From NCBI GenBank assembly GCA_965237675.1, contig OZ250150.1, forward strand, positions 896,001 to 960,000: 64,000 bases of DNA. The letters are read 5' to 3'. Source of the stretch: Candidatus Latescibacterota bacterium (lineage in GTDB: Bacteria; Latescibacterota; UBA2968; GCA-2709665). This document shows positions 20,406 through 30,146 of this stretch, one piece after another. Made by a program: the position numbers and the translations under genes. The first letter of the stretch is position 1. Each line of letters begins with the position of its first letter. The notes beneath the pieces were generated by a model. It was not told the origin of the DNA. It saw nothing but the letters and a program-made list of their open reading frames with translations, and did no database searches.

Positions 20406-21753
20406 GTCTGTCACAGGACACGCACTGCTGAAGCAGGTCCAAAAGGGCGACCGGATACTGCTGGTAAACCCACCGGTGTTCGAGACACGCTATAGCTGGC
20501 TGCGGTGGAATCAACCACTGGACCTACTCAGGATCGGGGCGTACCTCAAAAGCAGCAAGAAGTGCGACGTCGAGTTGTTTGACTTCATGCTACCTAACGA
20601 CAAGGGCCGCGTTCAAAAGCGAGGGTTGACGGGACAAGAACGGTACAAAAAGGTCGGTGACGGAGACTTCGCCTACACATATCCGATGTGGAAATTCGGA
20701 AAACCCTTCGATGCACTCAATGACTGGCTGGTCGAGCGACGTGCCGGCAACAAGCGAGGCGAGCCAACTCAAGTGTGGATCACTTCGCTGTGCAGCTATT
20801 GGTACGCCAGCATTCACCAATTATGCACGAAGCTACGCCTTTGGTTGCCAGACGCGAAACTGGCTGTGCTGGGCAACTACCCACGATTTATGGTGGACAA
20901 CGCAGTGGACTTCTGCGATGCAGACCTGATCGTCAGGACGCCACTTAAACATGCCGACAAGGGATCATCTCTGAGGCTCTACGGAGCCGAGAAACCTCCA
21001 TTCATTTCGGTCACTCTCAATCCACCTACAGCCATCCCTGCGATCAAGGAAGCAATCGAACTGGGAGTATTTCACGTTGCCGTGTTTGATGGCGAGGACG
21101 ACATTTGCCGCGACAAGGGCAAGCCACTTCGAGAGATCGTCGAAAGCACGAAGAACTTCCACCAGCACCTACGTTTTCATGCGGTATCGGGACTACATCC
21201 CGAACGGGTCACTTCAGAATTAGCGAAAGTGTTCGTGGAACGAGCGTTCGCGGAGCTGTTTTTTGAGCAGTCCGAGGAGGAATTGGAGTTAGACGAGGCG
21301 GCATACGAGCAGTGTCGCGCCTACCTGCTGGAAGCGGGGATTGATCTTTCAGATGGAGGCAAAACCTGCGGATTCGTGTGGATTGGACGCCCGGACGAAA
21401 CACTGGAAGGGATCGTCCGTCGTAGTTTCACCGTTCTCAGCACGTTTGGGAGTGTCATCCTCAAGCCGTACACGGCCGTACCGGGAACAGGGCTGTACGA
21501 ACGGCACAAAGATTATCTGGACGATCTTACGTACGCTGATCTGTCCCCACACAGATTTCCGTTCGCCGAGTACAATGGAATCACCCGGAACGAATACCAT
21601 GACCTCTACAGAATGGCGGCGTTCCTCAACGAGAAAGTACGCAACCGGTCTTTCGACTTATTGAACGGCAGTATGGGTGCCGAGTTGCTGCGAAACAGTT
21701 TACGTCTCGAGGTTTGGAATCTTGAAACGTCCCCCCTCAGCATTATTGATTAG
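20398..21753 (+). CDS. B12-binding radical-SAM-like protein lacking the CxxxCxxC motif
   Basis: ILLVNPP..W..PLDLLRIG, VWITSLCSYWY, LGNYP, YTAVPGT; paralogous to the downstream gene; no CxxxCxxC anywhere; overlaps the upstream stop. Confidence 0.8.
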   Translation: MTKSVTGHALLKQVQKGDRILLVNPPVFETRYSWLRWNQPLDLLRIGAYLKSSKKCDVELFDFMLPNDKGRVQKRGLTGQERYKKVGDGDFAYTYPMWKFGKPFDALNDWLVERRAGNKRGEPTQVWITSLCSYWYASIHQLCTKLRLWLPDAKLAVLGNYPRFMVDNAVDFCDADLIVRTPLKHADKGSSLRLYGAEKPPFISVTLNPPTAIPAIKEAIELGVFHVAVFDGEDDICRDKGKPLREIVESTKNFHQHLRFHAVSGLHPERVTSELAKVFVERAFAELFFEQSEEELELDEAAYEQCRAYLLEAGIDLSDGGKTCGFVWIGRPDETLEGIVRRSFTVLSTFGSVILKPYTAVPGTGLYERHKDYLDDLTYADLSPHRFPFAEYNGITRNEYHDLYRMAAFLNEKVRNRSFDLLNGSMGAELLRNSLRLEVWNLETSPLSIID

Positions 21754-23290
21754 CCCGCCTGTCTACGACGTACAATATTGGGCGAACTGGAGCATGCCCT
21801 ATGGCTTGTTGCGTGTCGCATCGTGGCTTCAGGGCAAGGGCTACATGCTGAAGCTGATCGACGGTATGGAGGCTAACAAGCGGCGTACCGTGCCAAAGCA
21901 GAAGCGATGTGTACGAAAACTCTGCTCAGCGGACGAACCGTTCACGCCGGACAAGTGGACGGACTACGAACCGCAGCCTGACGAAAAGATCGAGTACGTG
22001 TTCGGCATGCCGCTAAAGGAACTGCGGAAACGGCTCGAAGCGATCAAGGCACGTGCAAGGTATGCGCGTGAATCGCTGTTCGACGAAGTGGCCTTTCCAG
22101 ATCCAGATGAAATCTGGATTTCGTCTATCATGACGTACTGGTGGGAAAGCACTCGCGACGTGATCCAAGTCTGTCGGCAAGTATTTCCGAAGGCCGTTTT
22201 CCGCGTTGGTGGAATCTATCCGACGCTCATTCCCGAACACGCGATGCAGAACCTCGGGTTGAATGATCCACTGCACTTAATGGGTCGTGACCTTGATCCG
22301 CTTAATGCCAAGCAGAAGAAGCGTGACATCGTAGTGTCCGCAACGATTCCCGATGCGAATCCGCTCCCACTTGCGATTGAGTTGTACGACAAGGACGGTG
22401 CGGGCGACGACGAAGAAGGCGAAGAAGGCGAGAGGTTGCCCGATTACCTCATCATGACGACGAGTCGTGGCTGCCCTTTCAAATGTTCTTACTGTTCGGC
22501 TAACGTTTTGAACGAAGGACGAAAGATCTGGGTTCGGGAATACGAGGTTGCGTACGATGAGATCAAGCGACGGTTTGAGCAAGGAATTCGCGAATTCTGT
22601 TTCTACGAGGACAACCTGCTGCTCGGCAGAGAGAATTTCAAGCAGCTTTGCCGACTGATTCGTGACGATCGCGATTTGAAAGGGATCGAGCTGTACGCAC
22701 CAGAGGGCATCGAAGTCCGCCTGCTGCACGAAGACACCGTCCAACTGATGCGTGATGCTGGCTTCAAGAAGCTCTACCTGCCGCTCGAAACCGTCAACGC
22801 CAACATGGCGAAATCGTGGCAACGCACGCACACGAACATGGACAAATTCTTCTACGCGTTGCGTAACGCGGAAAAGGCCGGCTTCAAGCTGCGATGCCAA
22901 GACATCAACTGCTTCATCCTCTTCGGCCTGCCAGACGAAGACCTGCAAGCGGTGTACGACACAATCACATTTGCCTCAAGCCGTGTCGGCTCCGTGATTC
23001 CCATGCTTTTCACTCCAGTGCCAAGCACGCCATTGTTCGAGCAGTACCGACCGTACATCGAAGACAAAGGTTTCGATCTACACCACTTGAATGGAAAGCT
23101 GCTCCCTTTCCTCGATTACAATCGCCGCAAGTACACGTCGTTATCAGTACACGACTACAACTCAATCGAAGGGTTGATGTGGAGACTTAATGCGAAAGTT
23201 CGCAACGCGAGTTTCAATCTCGGAGGAGATGGCCGAGTGGCGAGGGCGTTCCGAGACGTGTACAACGCGCTGGAACCGATGTCCGTCTGA
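21722..23290 (+). CDS. Cobalamin-dependent (class B-like) radical SAM protein
   Basis: LLISPP, PYGLLRVA, IWISSIMTYWW, VGGIYPTL, TTSRGCPFKCSYC, FYEDNLL, ILFGLP, FTPVPST; TTG 21722 is the likely start. Confidence 0.92.
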   Translation: MKRPPSALLISPPVYDVQYWANWSMPYGLLRVASWLQGKGYMLKLIDGMEANKRRTVPKQKRCVRKLCSADEPFTPDKWTDYEPQPDEKIEYVFGMPLKELRKRLEAIKARARYARESLFDEVAFPDPDEIWISSIMTYWWESTRDVIQVCRQVFPKAVFRVGGIYPTLIPEHAMQNLGLNDPLHLMGRDLDPLNAKQKKRDIVVSATIPDANPLPLAIELYDKDGAGDDEEGEEGERLPDYLIMTTSRGCPFKCSYCSANVLNEGRKIWVREYEVAYDEIKRRFEQGIREFCFYEDNLLLGRENFKQLCRLIRDDRDLKGIELYAPEGIEVRLLHEDTVQLMRDAGFKKLYLPLETVNANMAKSWQRTHTNMDKFFYALRNAEKAGFKLRCQDINCFILFGLPDEDLQAVYDTITFASSRVGSVIPMLFTPVPSTPLFEQYRPYIEDKGFDLHHLNGKLLPFLDYNRRKYTSLSVHDYNSIEGLMWRLNAKVRNASFNLGGDGRVARAFRDVYNALEPMSV

Positions 23291-23371
23291 TTGGCTACGT
23301 CAAGTCACTGGTGGTTCGACCTGTGGCGGATAGAGCTCGACTCGCGGGATCATCCCGTCCAATCGACGTAG

Positions 23372-23603
23372 CGGATAGTTGATTATCTCTGCGAGAGATT
23401 TTGCTTGCGTCAGGTCGGGCAGAGCTCCCGTTTGCTTCAGGAATTCGGCATAGAAGTGAACTCCCAGGTGAACGATTCCAGATATCGTCAAATGTTGTGG
23501 ATGGCGGCGAGAGGACCATGACGGATTAACCGGCGGCTTTGATGTCTCTGTCCTGGAATTCAACGTCTTGGACGAGGAGTTCAAAGAGTTTGTGACTGTG
23601 TAA
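23372..23603 (+). pseudogene. Possible frameshifted 3' remnant of a lost gene
   Basis: RIVDYLCERFCLRQ...QMLWMAAR, then shifted frame EDHDGLTGGFDVSVLEFNVLDEEFKEFVTV-stop; no start codon. Confidence 0.3.
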
Positions 23604-23676
23604 TCGCCATTGGAAAAGTTGATCAGGATACTTAATCAGAGATTACCTTATTTCATACAGTGAAAGACTCGACCAT

Positions 23677-25539
23677 ATGATTCAGAATGAACGCCAAACG
23701 CGGCGAGTTCAGCTAGAGAGTTGGGAGGTGGGCGGGGAGCTATTAGACATCCTCTCTCGAGGCTTGTACTCCGATGCAAAAGACGCACTCAGGGAATACG
23801 TCCAAAACGGAGTCGATGCTGAAGCCGAACACACTCTCATTACGGTTGATGGCTCCCAAGCAGTGATAAGAGATGATGGCCATGGCATGGATGAAGAGGG
23901 CATCCGGATCGCTCGACGATTTGGAATGTCTGAGAAAAGCCCTAGAGAAATGGTCGGATACCGCGGCATCGGCATCTATTCGGCATTCGGCATTTGCGAG
24001 GAAATGACGATCACTAGCCGCCAGGCGGGTATGGATAACCTAGTAGGTTGGACCTTCCAGTTTGGTGAAATGCGCCGACTCCTCGAAGCAGATAAAGCTT
24101 CTGATGCCCGTCATGGTGTTGGCCTACCCGACCTCATGTATCAGTACAGTGAGTTGTTCGTTGAACCTTACCACGGCAATGCGGACGATCACTTTACTGT
24201 TGTGGAGATCGATGGATTGGGTGAAGAATACAGAGCCCAGCTAAACAACGCGGGAGAAGTCAATGATTATCTTCTGAATACGATTCCTGTAGCTTTCTCG
24301 GAGGATGGTTATGGCGACACGGTCAATGGATGGCTCGCAGATTACGTAGACCTCAATCCAGTTCGGATTACTCTTCGAATCGCCGACGAGAGCGAGATCA
24401 ACGTCCATCCGCCAGTCGCCAAAGGCGTGTACAGTCCCGAATCTGACTGGATAAGGGCACCGGACGATACGCCGTTGGCATTCGTGTGGTACGCCCTGTC
24501 CACTAATGGCAAACAGCTTCCCATGCATGAGGGTTCCGAGGTCAGTGGCTTCCTAATGAAGGTGAAAGGGTTCACATTAGGAAATCGACTTGCGCTCAAA
24601 GGGCTTTGGCCAGCCGTTGGTGGGGGAACTTTATACCATCACTATACAGGGGAGGTGCATATTCTGGCGACCGACCAAATCTATCCGAATGCTGCTCGGA
24701 ATGATTTGGAATCTAGTCCGGCTAGGCAACTGTTTGTGAAGCAGGCCGAAGATTTCTTTTATCCCCTCAGCCGGAAAGCTCGGGCTATGCAGGCGATGAC
24801 TAGGGGAGATCGCCTTCTTGAGGGAATTGATCATACAATCAAACAGTTAGCGGGACTAAAAGATGCGCCGAACGCAGACATATTCGAGGTATATAGAAGC
24901 AGCGAGAACTATCGGAAAGAACTAGAGAATGTGCATCAACAGATCGAGAGCCATAAGAGAAAGCCTCGCGGGCGGCCGCGAGTGCAATTCGATGAAGTAC
25001 AACAACGATTATTGGACAATGTCACCAAAAGGCTTCAAGGCGCTATCAGCCAATTAGGTGGAGTAGCTAGGGCCGCGCAAAAAAGTACGGAAAGACAAAG
25101 AAGAAGAGCTACTCAACCTCCTCCTCAAGAAAGACTACTTTACAGCGCACTTAGTGCTACATTGCGAGCAGCGGATAAGACCGACGATCCCCGGTTTAAG
25201 GAAGCGGCAGAGGCCTTGGTATCTTCGATTAATAGTAGATCAGTTCCGAGGACTATAGGGATTCTTGACGAACTTAAGGCTGCAGGAGTCGAACTCGGTA
25301 CCGAAGTGGAGTCGTCTAGGAGGGAGTTGAGGGCCTCATTAGGTTGGTCTCCTTTGGCACCAGTTTCACTGGGTGAGGCGTTGACGCAGCAAGGGGTTTC
25401 GTTAGAAGGCAAGCATGAGGAGAGCCTTGTAAAGGCAATCGACCGAGGTCTGGTGGTCGGGCTGGGTGGAAGAGGTGAGAGATATGAAACTGTGCTACGA
25501 GCTATAGTTGAAGCGATTGCCGAGGAAATGGGGAGCTAG
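23677..25539 (+). CDS. GHKL (MORC/Hsp90-like) ATPase 2 with helical C-terminus
   Basis: GLYSDAKDALREYVQNGVDA, DDGHGM, GYRGIGIYS, KVKGFTLG...YTGEVHI...PNAARND. Confidence 0.9.
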   Translation: MIQNERQTRRVQLESWEVGGELLDILSRGLYSDAKDALREYVQNGVDAEAEHTLITVDGSQAVIRDDGHGMDEEGIRIARRFGMSEKSPREMVGYRGIGIYSAFGICEEMTITSRQAGMDNLVGWTFQFGEMRRLLEADKASDARHGVGLPDLMYQYSELFVEPYHGNADDHFTVVEIDGLGEEYRAQLNNAGEVNDYLLNTIPVAFSEDGYGDTVNGWLADYVDLNPVRITLRIADESEINVHPPVAKGVYSPESDWIRAPDDTPLAFVWYALSTNGKQLPMHEGSEVSGFLMKVKGFTLGNRLALKGLWPAVGGGTLYHHYTGEVHILATDQIYPNAARNDLESSPARQLFVKQAEDFFYPLSRKARAMQAMTRGDRLLEGIDHTIKQLAGLKDAPNADIFEVYRSSENYRKELENVHQQIESHKRKPRGRPRVQFDEVQQRLLDNVTKRLQGAISQLGGVARAAQKSTERQRRRATQPPPQERLLYSALSATLRAADKTDDPRFKEAAEALVSSINSRSVPRTIGILDELKAAGVELGTEVESSRRELRASLGWSPLAPVSLGEALTQQGVSLEGKHEESLVKAIDRGLVVGLGGRGERYETVLRAIVEAIAEEMGS

Positions 25540-25547
25540 GGGAGGCA

Positions 25548-26564
25548 ATGGCAAGAAGGCGCGGTCGTCGACGAGGAAACTACTATTCCAGTGAAGAGAA
25601 GAACGTAGTTAGAGAAAAGTATGATTATCCGTTGGTCAAGGCAGCAGCTCGTAGAAAAAAGGGGGGAATCAGGTATTTTGGCATGCCGGGCGAGGAAGCC
25701 CTGGACTTACACAGCTGGGGCGGACTCTGCGAGTACGTAGCTGCTGTGGAATTCAGCGACGAAAGGTTTCAGTACGTAAAGCATGTACTGAGAACCCAGT
25801 TTGGCAGCATACGCCATCGAGCCCATTTAGGAGACGTCGACAAGGTTATCTTGAGAAACAAAAGTGGGAACCCACCTTCGGAATTTGTCTCAACCACTTT
25901 CCGATGCGGCGCTGGGTACATATGGGATTTTGACGTCATATACCTAGACTACTTTGGCAAATTCCTGCCTCATAAACACGGTGGCTCAGTTGTTCGAAAC
26001 AGAGCGAATGCGCTTAGACGCCTTTTCGCTACTGATCGCCAAGATGCATGGCAACCGTGGCTCTTAATGCTTACGGTTGAGTCCACGCTTTTCGGTTCTA
26101 ATGACAGGAAACAAATGCGACAGTTCTTGTCCGCTTCAATAGAAGAAGCGGATGCGGAAACGGAAGATGCTATTAACTTCCTGCTACATGATACGGCGTG
26201 TAAAGAGCAAGAGGCAACTAGGCTGGTTCACGGTACATTGAGCTATTTGATTGCTTTGGCCGCAAGCAATTCCGACGTCCGCGTATCGCCCAGACCGACC
26301 GTTCTGTACAGAGGGGCAAACGACACTCCGATGTTGCATTTTGCATATGAGGTGGCTCCTTCTGAAGTGTTGTCGGGTTCTCATCCGGCATTACCCTTGC
26401 TCCGGTCTCCTTTACTGCAGGTAAGGAACGATTATATGGAGCCGTGGTTCGAACTATTGCCTGCTCAACCGCCTGGGCAGACTGACTCCGTTATACGTAA
26501 AGCATTGGATTTTCTCGACGAGGATCAAGTCGAGCAAATTCTATGTGGGCGACGGACGACGTAA
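25548..26564 (+). CDS. Uncharacterised protein with predicted SAM-methyltransferase-like Rossmann fold
   Basis: RYFGMPGEEALD, VAAVE, GDVD, FDVIYLDYFG, LLMLT pattern; GGGGAGG RBS; follows ATPase 2 directly. Confidence 0.65.
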   Translation: MARRRGRRRGNYYSSEEKNVVREKYDYPLVKAAARRKKGGIRYFGMPGEEALDLHSWGGLCEYVAAVEFSDERFQYVKHVLRTQFGSIRHRAHLGDVDKVILRNKSGNPPSEFVSTTFRCGAGYIWDFDVIYLDYFGKFLPHKHGGSVVRNRANALRRLFATDRQDAWQPWLLMLTVESTLFGSNDRKQMRQFLSASIEEADAETEDAINFLLHDTACKEQEATRLVHGTLSYLIALAASNSDVRVSPRPTVLYRGANDTPMLHFAYEVAPSEVLSGSHPALPLLRSPLLQVRNDYMEPWFELLPAQPPGQTDSVIRKALDFLDEDQVEQILCGRRTT

Positions 26565-26789
26565 AGCCCCCAATTGGACAAGAACGAGAACCTTCGGGCT
26601 CAGGTTCCGGCCGGCGGTGTTATTCTGGAGCCGACGTTGCCGGGCTACCCACCAAAGACCCGAATGCGCTAGGTCCACCCGGTAGCGGATGGAGTTATCG
26701 AGAGAGGCCCTCTGCTGCGCTGGCAGAGAGCCTTTTCTTGAGAGCAATGTCGGCGTCATTGACCCGGCTTCGTCCTTTATGTAGGATGT

Positions 26790-26865
26790 AGAAACGTGGT
26801 CATTGCGTGCGTCGCTTGCGCTGAGCTTGTCGAAATGCCCGCGTTTCGCTACCCTTCGATACCCA
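26790..26865. repeat. REP-like repeat (same family as 14095 and 63520)
   Basis: GAAACGTGGTCATTGC...GCTGAGCTTGTCGAAATGCCCGCGTTTCGCTACCCTTCGATACCC. Confidence 0.75.
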
Positions 26866-26871
26866 TCAACT

Positions 26872-27642
26872 TCACGGCATCCAGATATTCCACTTGCCAT
26901 GCTTTTCCCAGATGCGGCAGGTGTCACAGGTGCACATCCACCGGAGTGCGAAACGCGGCTTGTTGCCTGTATTCAGAGATCCGGCGTGTATCAGCAGATA
27001 GTAAAAAAACAGTACGTCTCCCCGTGACGGCCTCAACTCAACCGGCGCTCCCAGTTCGAACTTTTGCTGCGGGTTCTTGAAATCCGACAGCATTCGATAC
27101 CGGTCGGGGTCCTGCACTGCCGCCTCGCCGAGCTTCCGATGGGACCCCGGCCAGACCGCGGTACCGCCACCCTGCGCGACACCCGAATCGAGATAGGTCA
27201 GTGATGAGACGCGGAATGATCCTGGAAAAACGCTGAAAGGTCGATGAACACCATCGGCATGCCCGCTGTGATGATTCCATTTTCCGGAGACCGGAAATAC
27301 ACATCGTGTCCACACTGCCTCGGGCTGTGGTTTCTGACAATGAAATGCCTCTTCATTTTCCCTTGCCAATTGGCTCTGCGCTTCGTAAAACGTGGGAGTA
27401 CAACAAGCCAGTAACGCAGGGTCCTGGAGCCCGAAATGTTCAATCACCCCCTGGCTGGCAACTGTTGTCACCTCGTCTGTATCGTCCGGTAGAGGAGACC
27501 ACGAAGCCGGATCGTCCCGATCCATACCCAGGACAGACCACATCGCCTCCTCTGCGCCGGCAATTGTCTCTTCCGGAATTAAGCCCGACACCAGCACATA
27601 CCCGTCCCGGTCATATTGCGCCATTTGTTCTTGTGAAAGCAT
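26872..27642 (-). CDS. Phytanoyl-CoA dioxygenase (PhyH) family protein
   Basis: MLSQEQ..YDRDGY, HAD, GGTAVWPGSH, GDVLFF, HAGSLN...RFAL. Confidence 0.88.
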   Translation of the reverse strand: MLSQEQMAQYDRDGYVLVSGLIPEETIAGAEEAMWSVLGMDRDDPASWSPLPDDTDEVTTVASQGVIEHFGLQDPALLACCTPTFYEAQSQLARENEEAFHCQKPQPEAVWTRCVFPVSGKWNHHSGHADGVHRPFSVFPGSFRVSSLTYLDSGVAQGGGTAVWPGSHRKLGEAAVQDPDRYRMLSDFKNPQQKFELGAPVELRPSRGDVLFFYYLLIHAGSLNTGNKPRFALRWMCTCDTCRIWEKHGKWNIWMP

Positions 27643-27938
27643 GGATTCCTCCCGGGTAGATCGAATTTTGTACAGGAAAAATAAGGCGCCGATCATTCAC
27701 TCGAAGAAAAGCGTTAAAAAATCCAATAGGACACCCCTCCCGTCACGAAACCTGCCGAAAAACCGAAAAATTCTCTCGTCAATTTCTGTTATACGCCCAT
27801 TTCAAATGGTATGGTTTTCTGAAAATTTTATATTTTTCGATGTGGAAAAATCGTAAATGGTGAATTAAGAATGGAGCGATCGGGAGAGGAGTGAGGAAAA
27901 GTATTGTGGGATTTAGTTTGATTTTTGGCAGATTCTTG

Positions 27939-28238
27939 CTATTTGAAAGTTGCTACCTGATTAAGATTTTTGCTGGAAATTGAACCTTCCTCATAGCAAG
28001 AATACCAATCGGTAGCGTTTGGGATATTCACCATGTCTGCTTGTGCATTCTTCGCGTTGCCCTCTAATTCCCAGTAAACAATGTCGATATAACCTCCATC
28101 ACTATTCCTGTGAATCTCCCACTTTTTGAAACCTGACTGTCTGCTCATCCAATTTTCCAGAACATCACTTGCAACATTCAGTAGATGTTCCTCCGAGATA
28201 TTCTCTGCCAACTCGTAACTGATTATGTCTTTGTACAT
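27939..28238 (-). CDS. Small ABM-like (dimeric alpha-beta barrel) protein, AT-rich
   Basis: WMSRQSGF, YIDIVYWE; ATG 28238 after AAGGGG. Confidence 0.6.
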   Translation of the reverse strand: MYKDIISYELAENISEEHLLNVASDVLENWMSRQSGFKKWEIHRNSDGGYIDIVYWELEGNAKNAQADMVNIPNATDWYSCYEEGSISSKNLNQVATFK

Positions 28239-28505
28239 TTTGTTGCCCCTTAAATTGATGAATTGCGTACAAGTCGTGGGTGTGGAACGAACAAACGAGC
28301 GCTTCCCTCCAGTTCGCAACAGAAGACAAAGGATTCTATCATAGTTACTATGTAAAACAGACAGTCTCCGAGGGTTGTGCCAAAAATGAAGTCTACCAAA
28401 TTACAAACAACCCTTTTGGATGAGACGGTCTTGAAAAAGGATAACATTGAATCGTTGTCAGGTCAAACCCTTATTTTTGCAGGTGTTATGTATAGTAGAA
28501 TTACG

Positions 28506-28601
28506 CGCCGATGTCGCTAACATGCATTTCGCCGAAAACGTATGCAAGGGTCCGGCAGGTTCACCGATGAATCGCTTGTCGTCGCACAGAATCGTCCGGG
28601 A
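28506..28601 (+). repeat. Repeat family B, copy 1
   Basis: GCCGATGTCGCTAACATGCATTTCGCCGAAAACGTATGCAAGGGTCCGGC...ATGAATCGCTTGTCGTCGCACAGAATCG. Confidence 0.85.
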
Positions 28602-28623
28602 CAGAACACGAGGAACATCCGCT

Positions 28624-29370
28624 ATGGACAGTGAATTGTTGCAACGGGGGTTCGACCCCCAGCCGCTGACGCCCGCCCAGTGCAGCGCGCTGGACACCAA
28701 CGGCTTCCTCATTCTGGATGCCGTCATCGCGCCCGACTGGCTGGCCGGGCTGCGCCGTGCTTTTGACGAGATCTTCGCCCGCGAAGGCGACAAAGCCGGC
28801 GCTGAGGTTGCCCGGATGGATGGCGTGCGCCGACTCGCCGACCTGGTCAACAAGGGGACGGTCTTCGACGCCGTGTACCTGCAGCCGACGCTTCTGTCGG
28901 CGGTCTATCACGTCCTGCAGCGGCCGTTCAAGCTCCACTCGCTCAACGGACACGATCCGCTGCCCGGCAGCGGATTACAGGGCCTGCACAAGGACTGGGG
29001 GCAGCCCACCGTACCCGGCGGACCGTACCACGTCGTCAACTCGATGTGGATGCTCGACGACTTCACCCGGGTTAACGGCGCGACCCGCTGCGTCCCCGCG
29101 AGCCACCGCAAACCCGGCAGGGTTGCCGATGCCCTGGCCGATCACCCCGATCAAGTCCAGCTGACAGGCCGCGCCGGCTCGGTCGCCGTCTTCAACGGCA
29201 GCCTCTTGCACAGCTCGTATCGCAACCTCAGCGACGCCCCCCGCCGCACCCTGCACTGCGCCTTTATCGCCCGCGAACACCCGCAGCAGACGAACCAGCG
29301 CGAGTACTTGCGGCCCGCAACCGCCCGACGACTCTCGCCGCTGACGCGCTACATCCTCGACGTCGAGTGA
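28624..29370 (+). CDS. Phytanoyl-CoA dioxygenase (PhyH) family protein
   Basis: LHKD, WMLDDFTRVNGATRCVPASH, AGSVAVFNGSLLH; ATG 28624 (the longer ORF reads through repeat B). Confidence 0.9.
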   Translation: MDSELLQRGFDPQPLTPAQCSALDTNGFLILDAVIAPDWLAGLRRAFDEIFAREGDKAGAEVARMDGVRRLADLVNKGTVFDAVYLQPTLLSAVYHVLQRPFKLHSLNGHDPLPGSGLQGLHKDWGQPTVPGGPYHVVNSMWMLDDFTRVNGATRCVPASHRKPGRVADALADHPDQVQLTGRAGSVAVFNGSLLHSSYRNLSDAPRRTLHCAFIAREHPQQTNQREYLRPATARRLSPLTRYILDVE

Positions 29371-29437
29371 ACCTCGACGCATAACTCAAACTGCTTTTTC
29401 TTCAGATGATCCATCGCGTACGCATAGGATAATATCG

Positions 29438-29525
29438 CACCGATATCGGTAATATGCAATTCGCGGAAAACGTACGCAAGGGTCCGGCACGGTCACTGAT
29501 GAGTCGCCTGTCGCCGCACAGACTC
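29438..29525 (+). repeat. Repeat family B, copy 2
   Basis: CCGATATCGGTAATATGCAATTCGCGGAAAACGTACGCAAGGGTCCGGC. Confidence 0.85.
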
Positions 29526-29580
29526 GCTTCGCCATCGTGTTCGACGATCGCGTCCATTTTCATTGATCCACGAACGCCAC

Positions 29581-30100
29581 TTACACGATATTCTTGACAC
29601 CCCCGGCCAGAGGCCGTTCTTGAAACTGCCTCAGATTCGCTGCCGACGCCTTAATGAACCGCTTGGAAACACTTGAGGACGATAAGCCAAACGCCTCCAG
29701 TACCGCCTCGGCGCAACTTTCATAGGAACGCGTGGCAATGCCCCTGACCACGCGCAGCAGCAAGCCTTCATCCATGTGTCTCGGGCGCTGCAAGCGGTGA
29801 TACACCTCCAGAGGAACTTCCTCATTGGCTTCCACATCACGCACCCTGGGCACCGTAATGGGCACTTTTTGATCCGACAGATACACCGATCCCGGTTGAG
29901 CGCCCCACCGACGATTCGAGGTCTTCCCCGCTTTACGACTGTATTTCTTGCCCGTCAACCCCGCGACCTCATTCTGCAAGACGTCCTCCACAGCGCCCGG
30001 ACCAGGCGGGATCAGCGCCTGGATCAATGCCACCCGGACGTCAACATCCTCCAGCGCTGCTCCCAGGACCGGGTCGGACGTCAGACCGCCATCCGGTGAC
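29581..30100 (-). mobile_element. IS256-family transposase fragment
   Basis: RVALIQALIP, RRWGAQPGSVYL, VPRVRD, RGIATRSYE, GLSSSSVSKRF; truncated. Confidence 0.75.
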
Positions 30101-30146
30101 CAGCGCCGTTTGGCCGTCGAGCTTAAAAAAATCCAAAATCCCCATG

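Noticed and set aside
21722-23290. Radical SAM gene as a viperin or RiPP maturase
   Set aside because: It has an N-terminal cobalamin-binding-type domain unlike viperins, no SPASM cysteines, and no precursor peptide or transporter nearby.
23300-23584. 94-aa minus-strand ORF as an island component
   Set aside because: Antisense to the operon, TTG start, low-complexity N-terminus and no motif; a plus-strand remnant is at least as plausible.
28255-28325. attC-like site upstream of the AT-rich ABM-like gene (integron cassette)
   Set aside because: TTGTACGCAAT resembles a cassette boundary, but there is no matching site downstream, no array and no integrase in the window.
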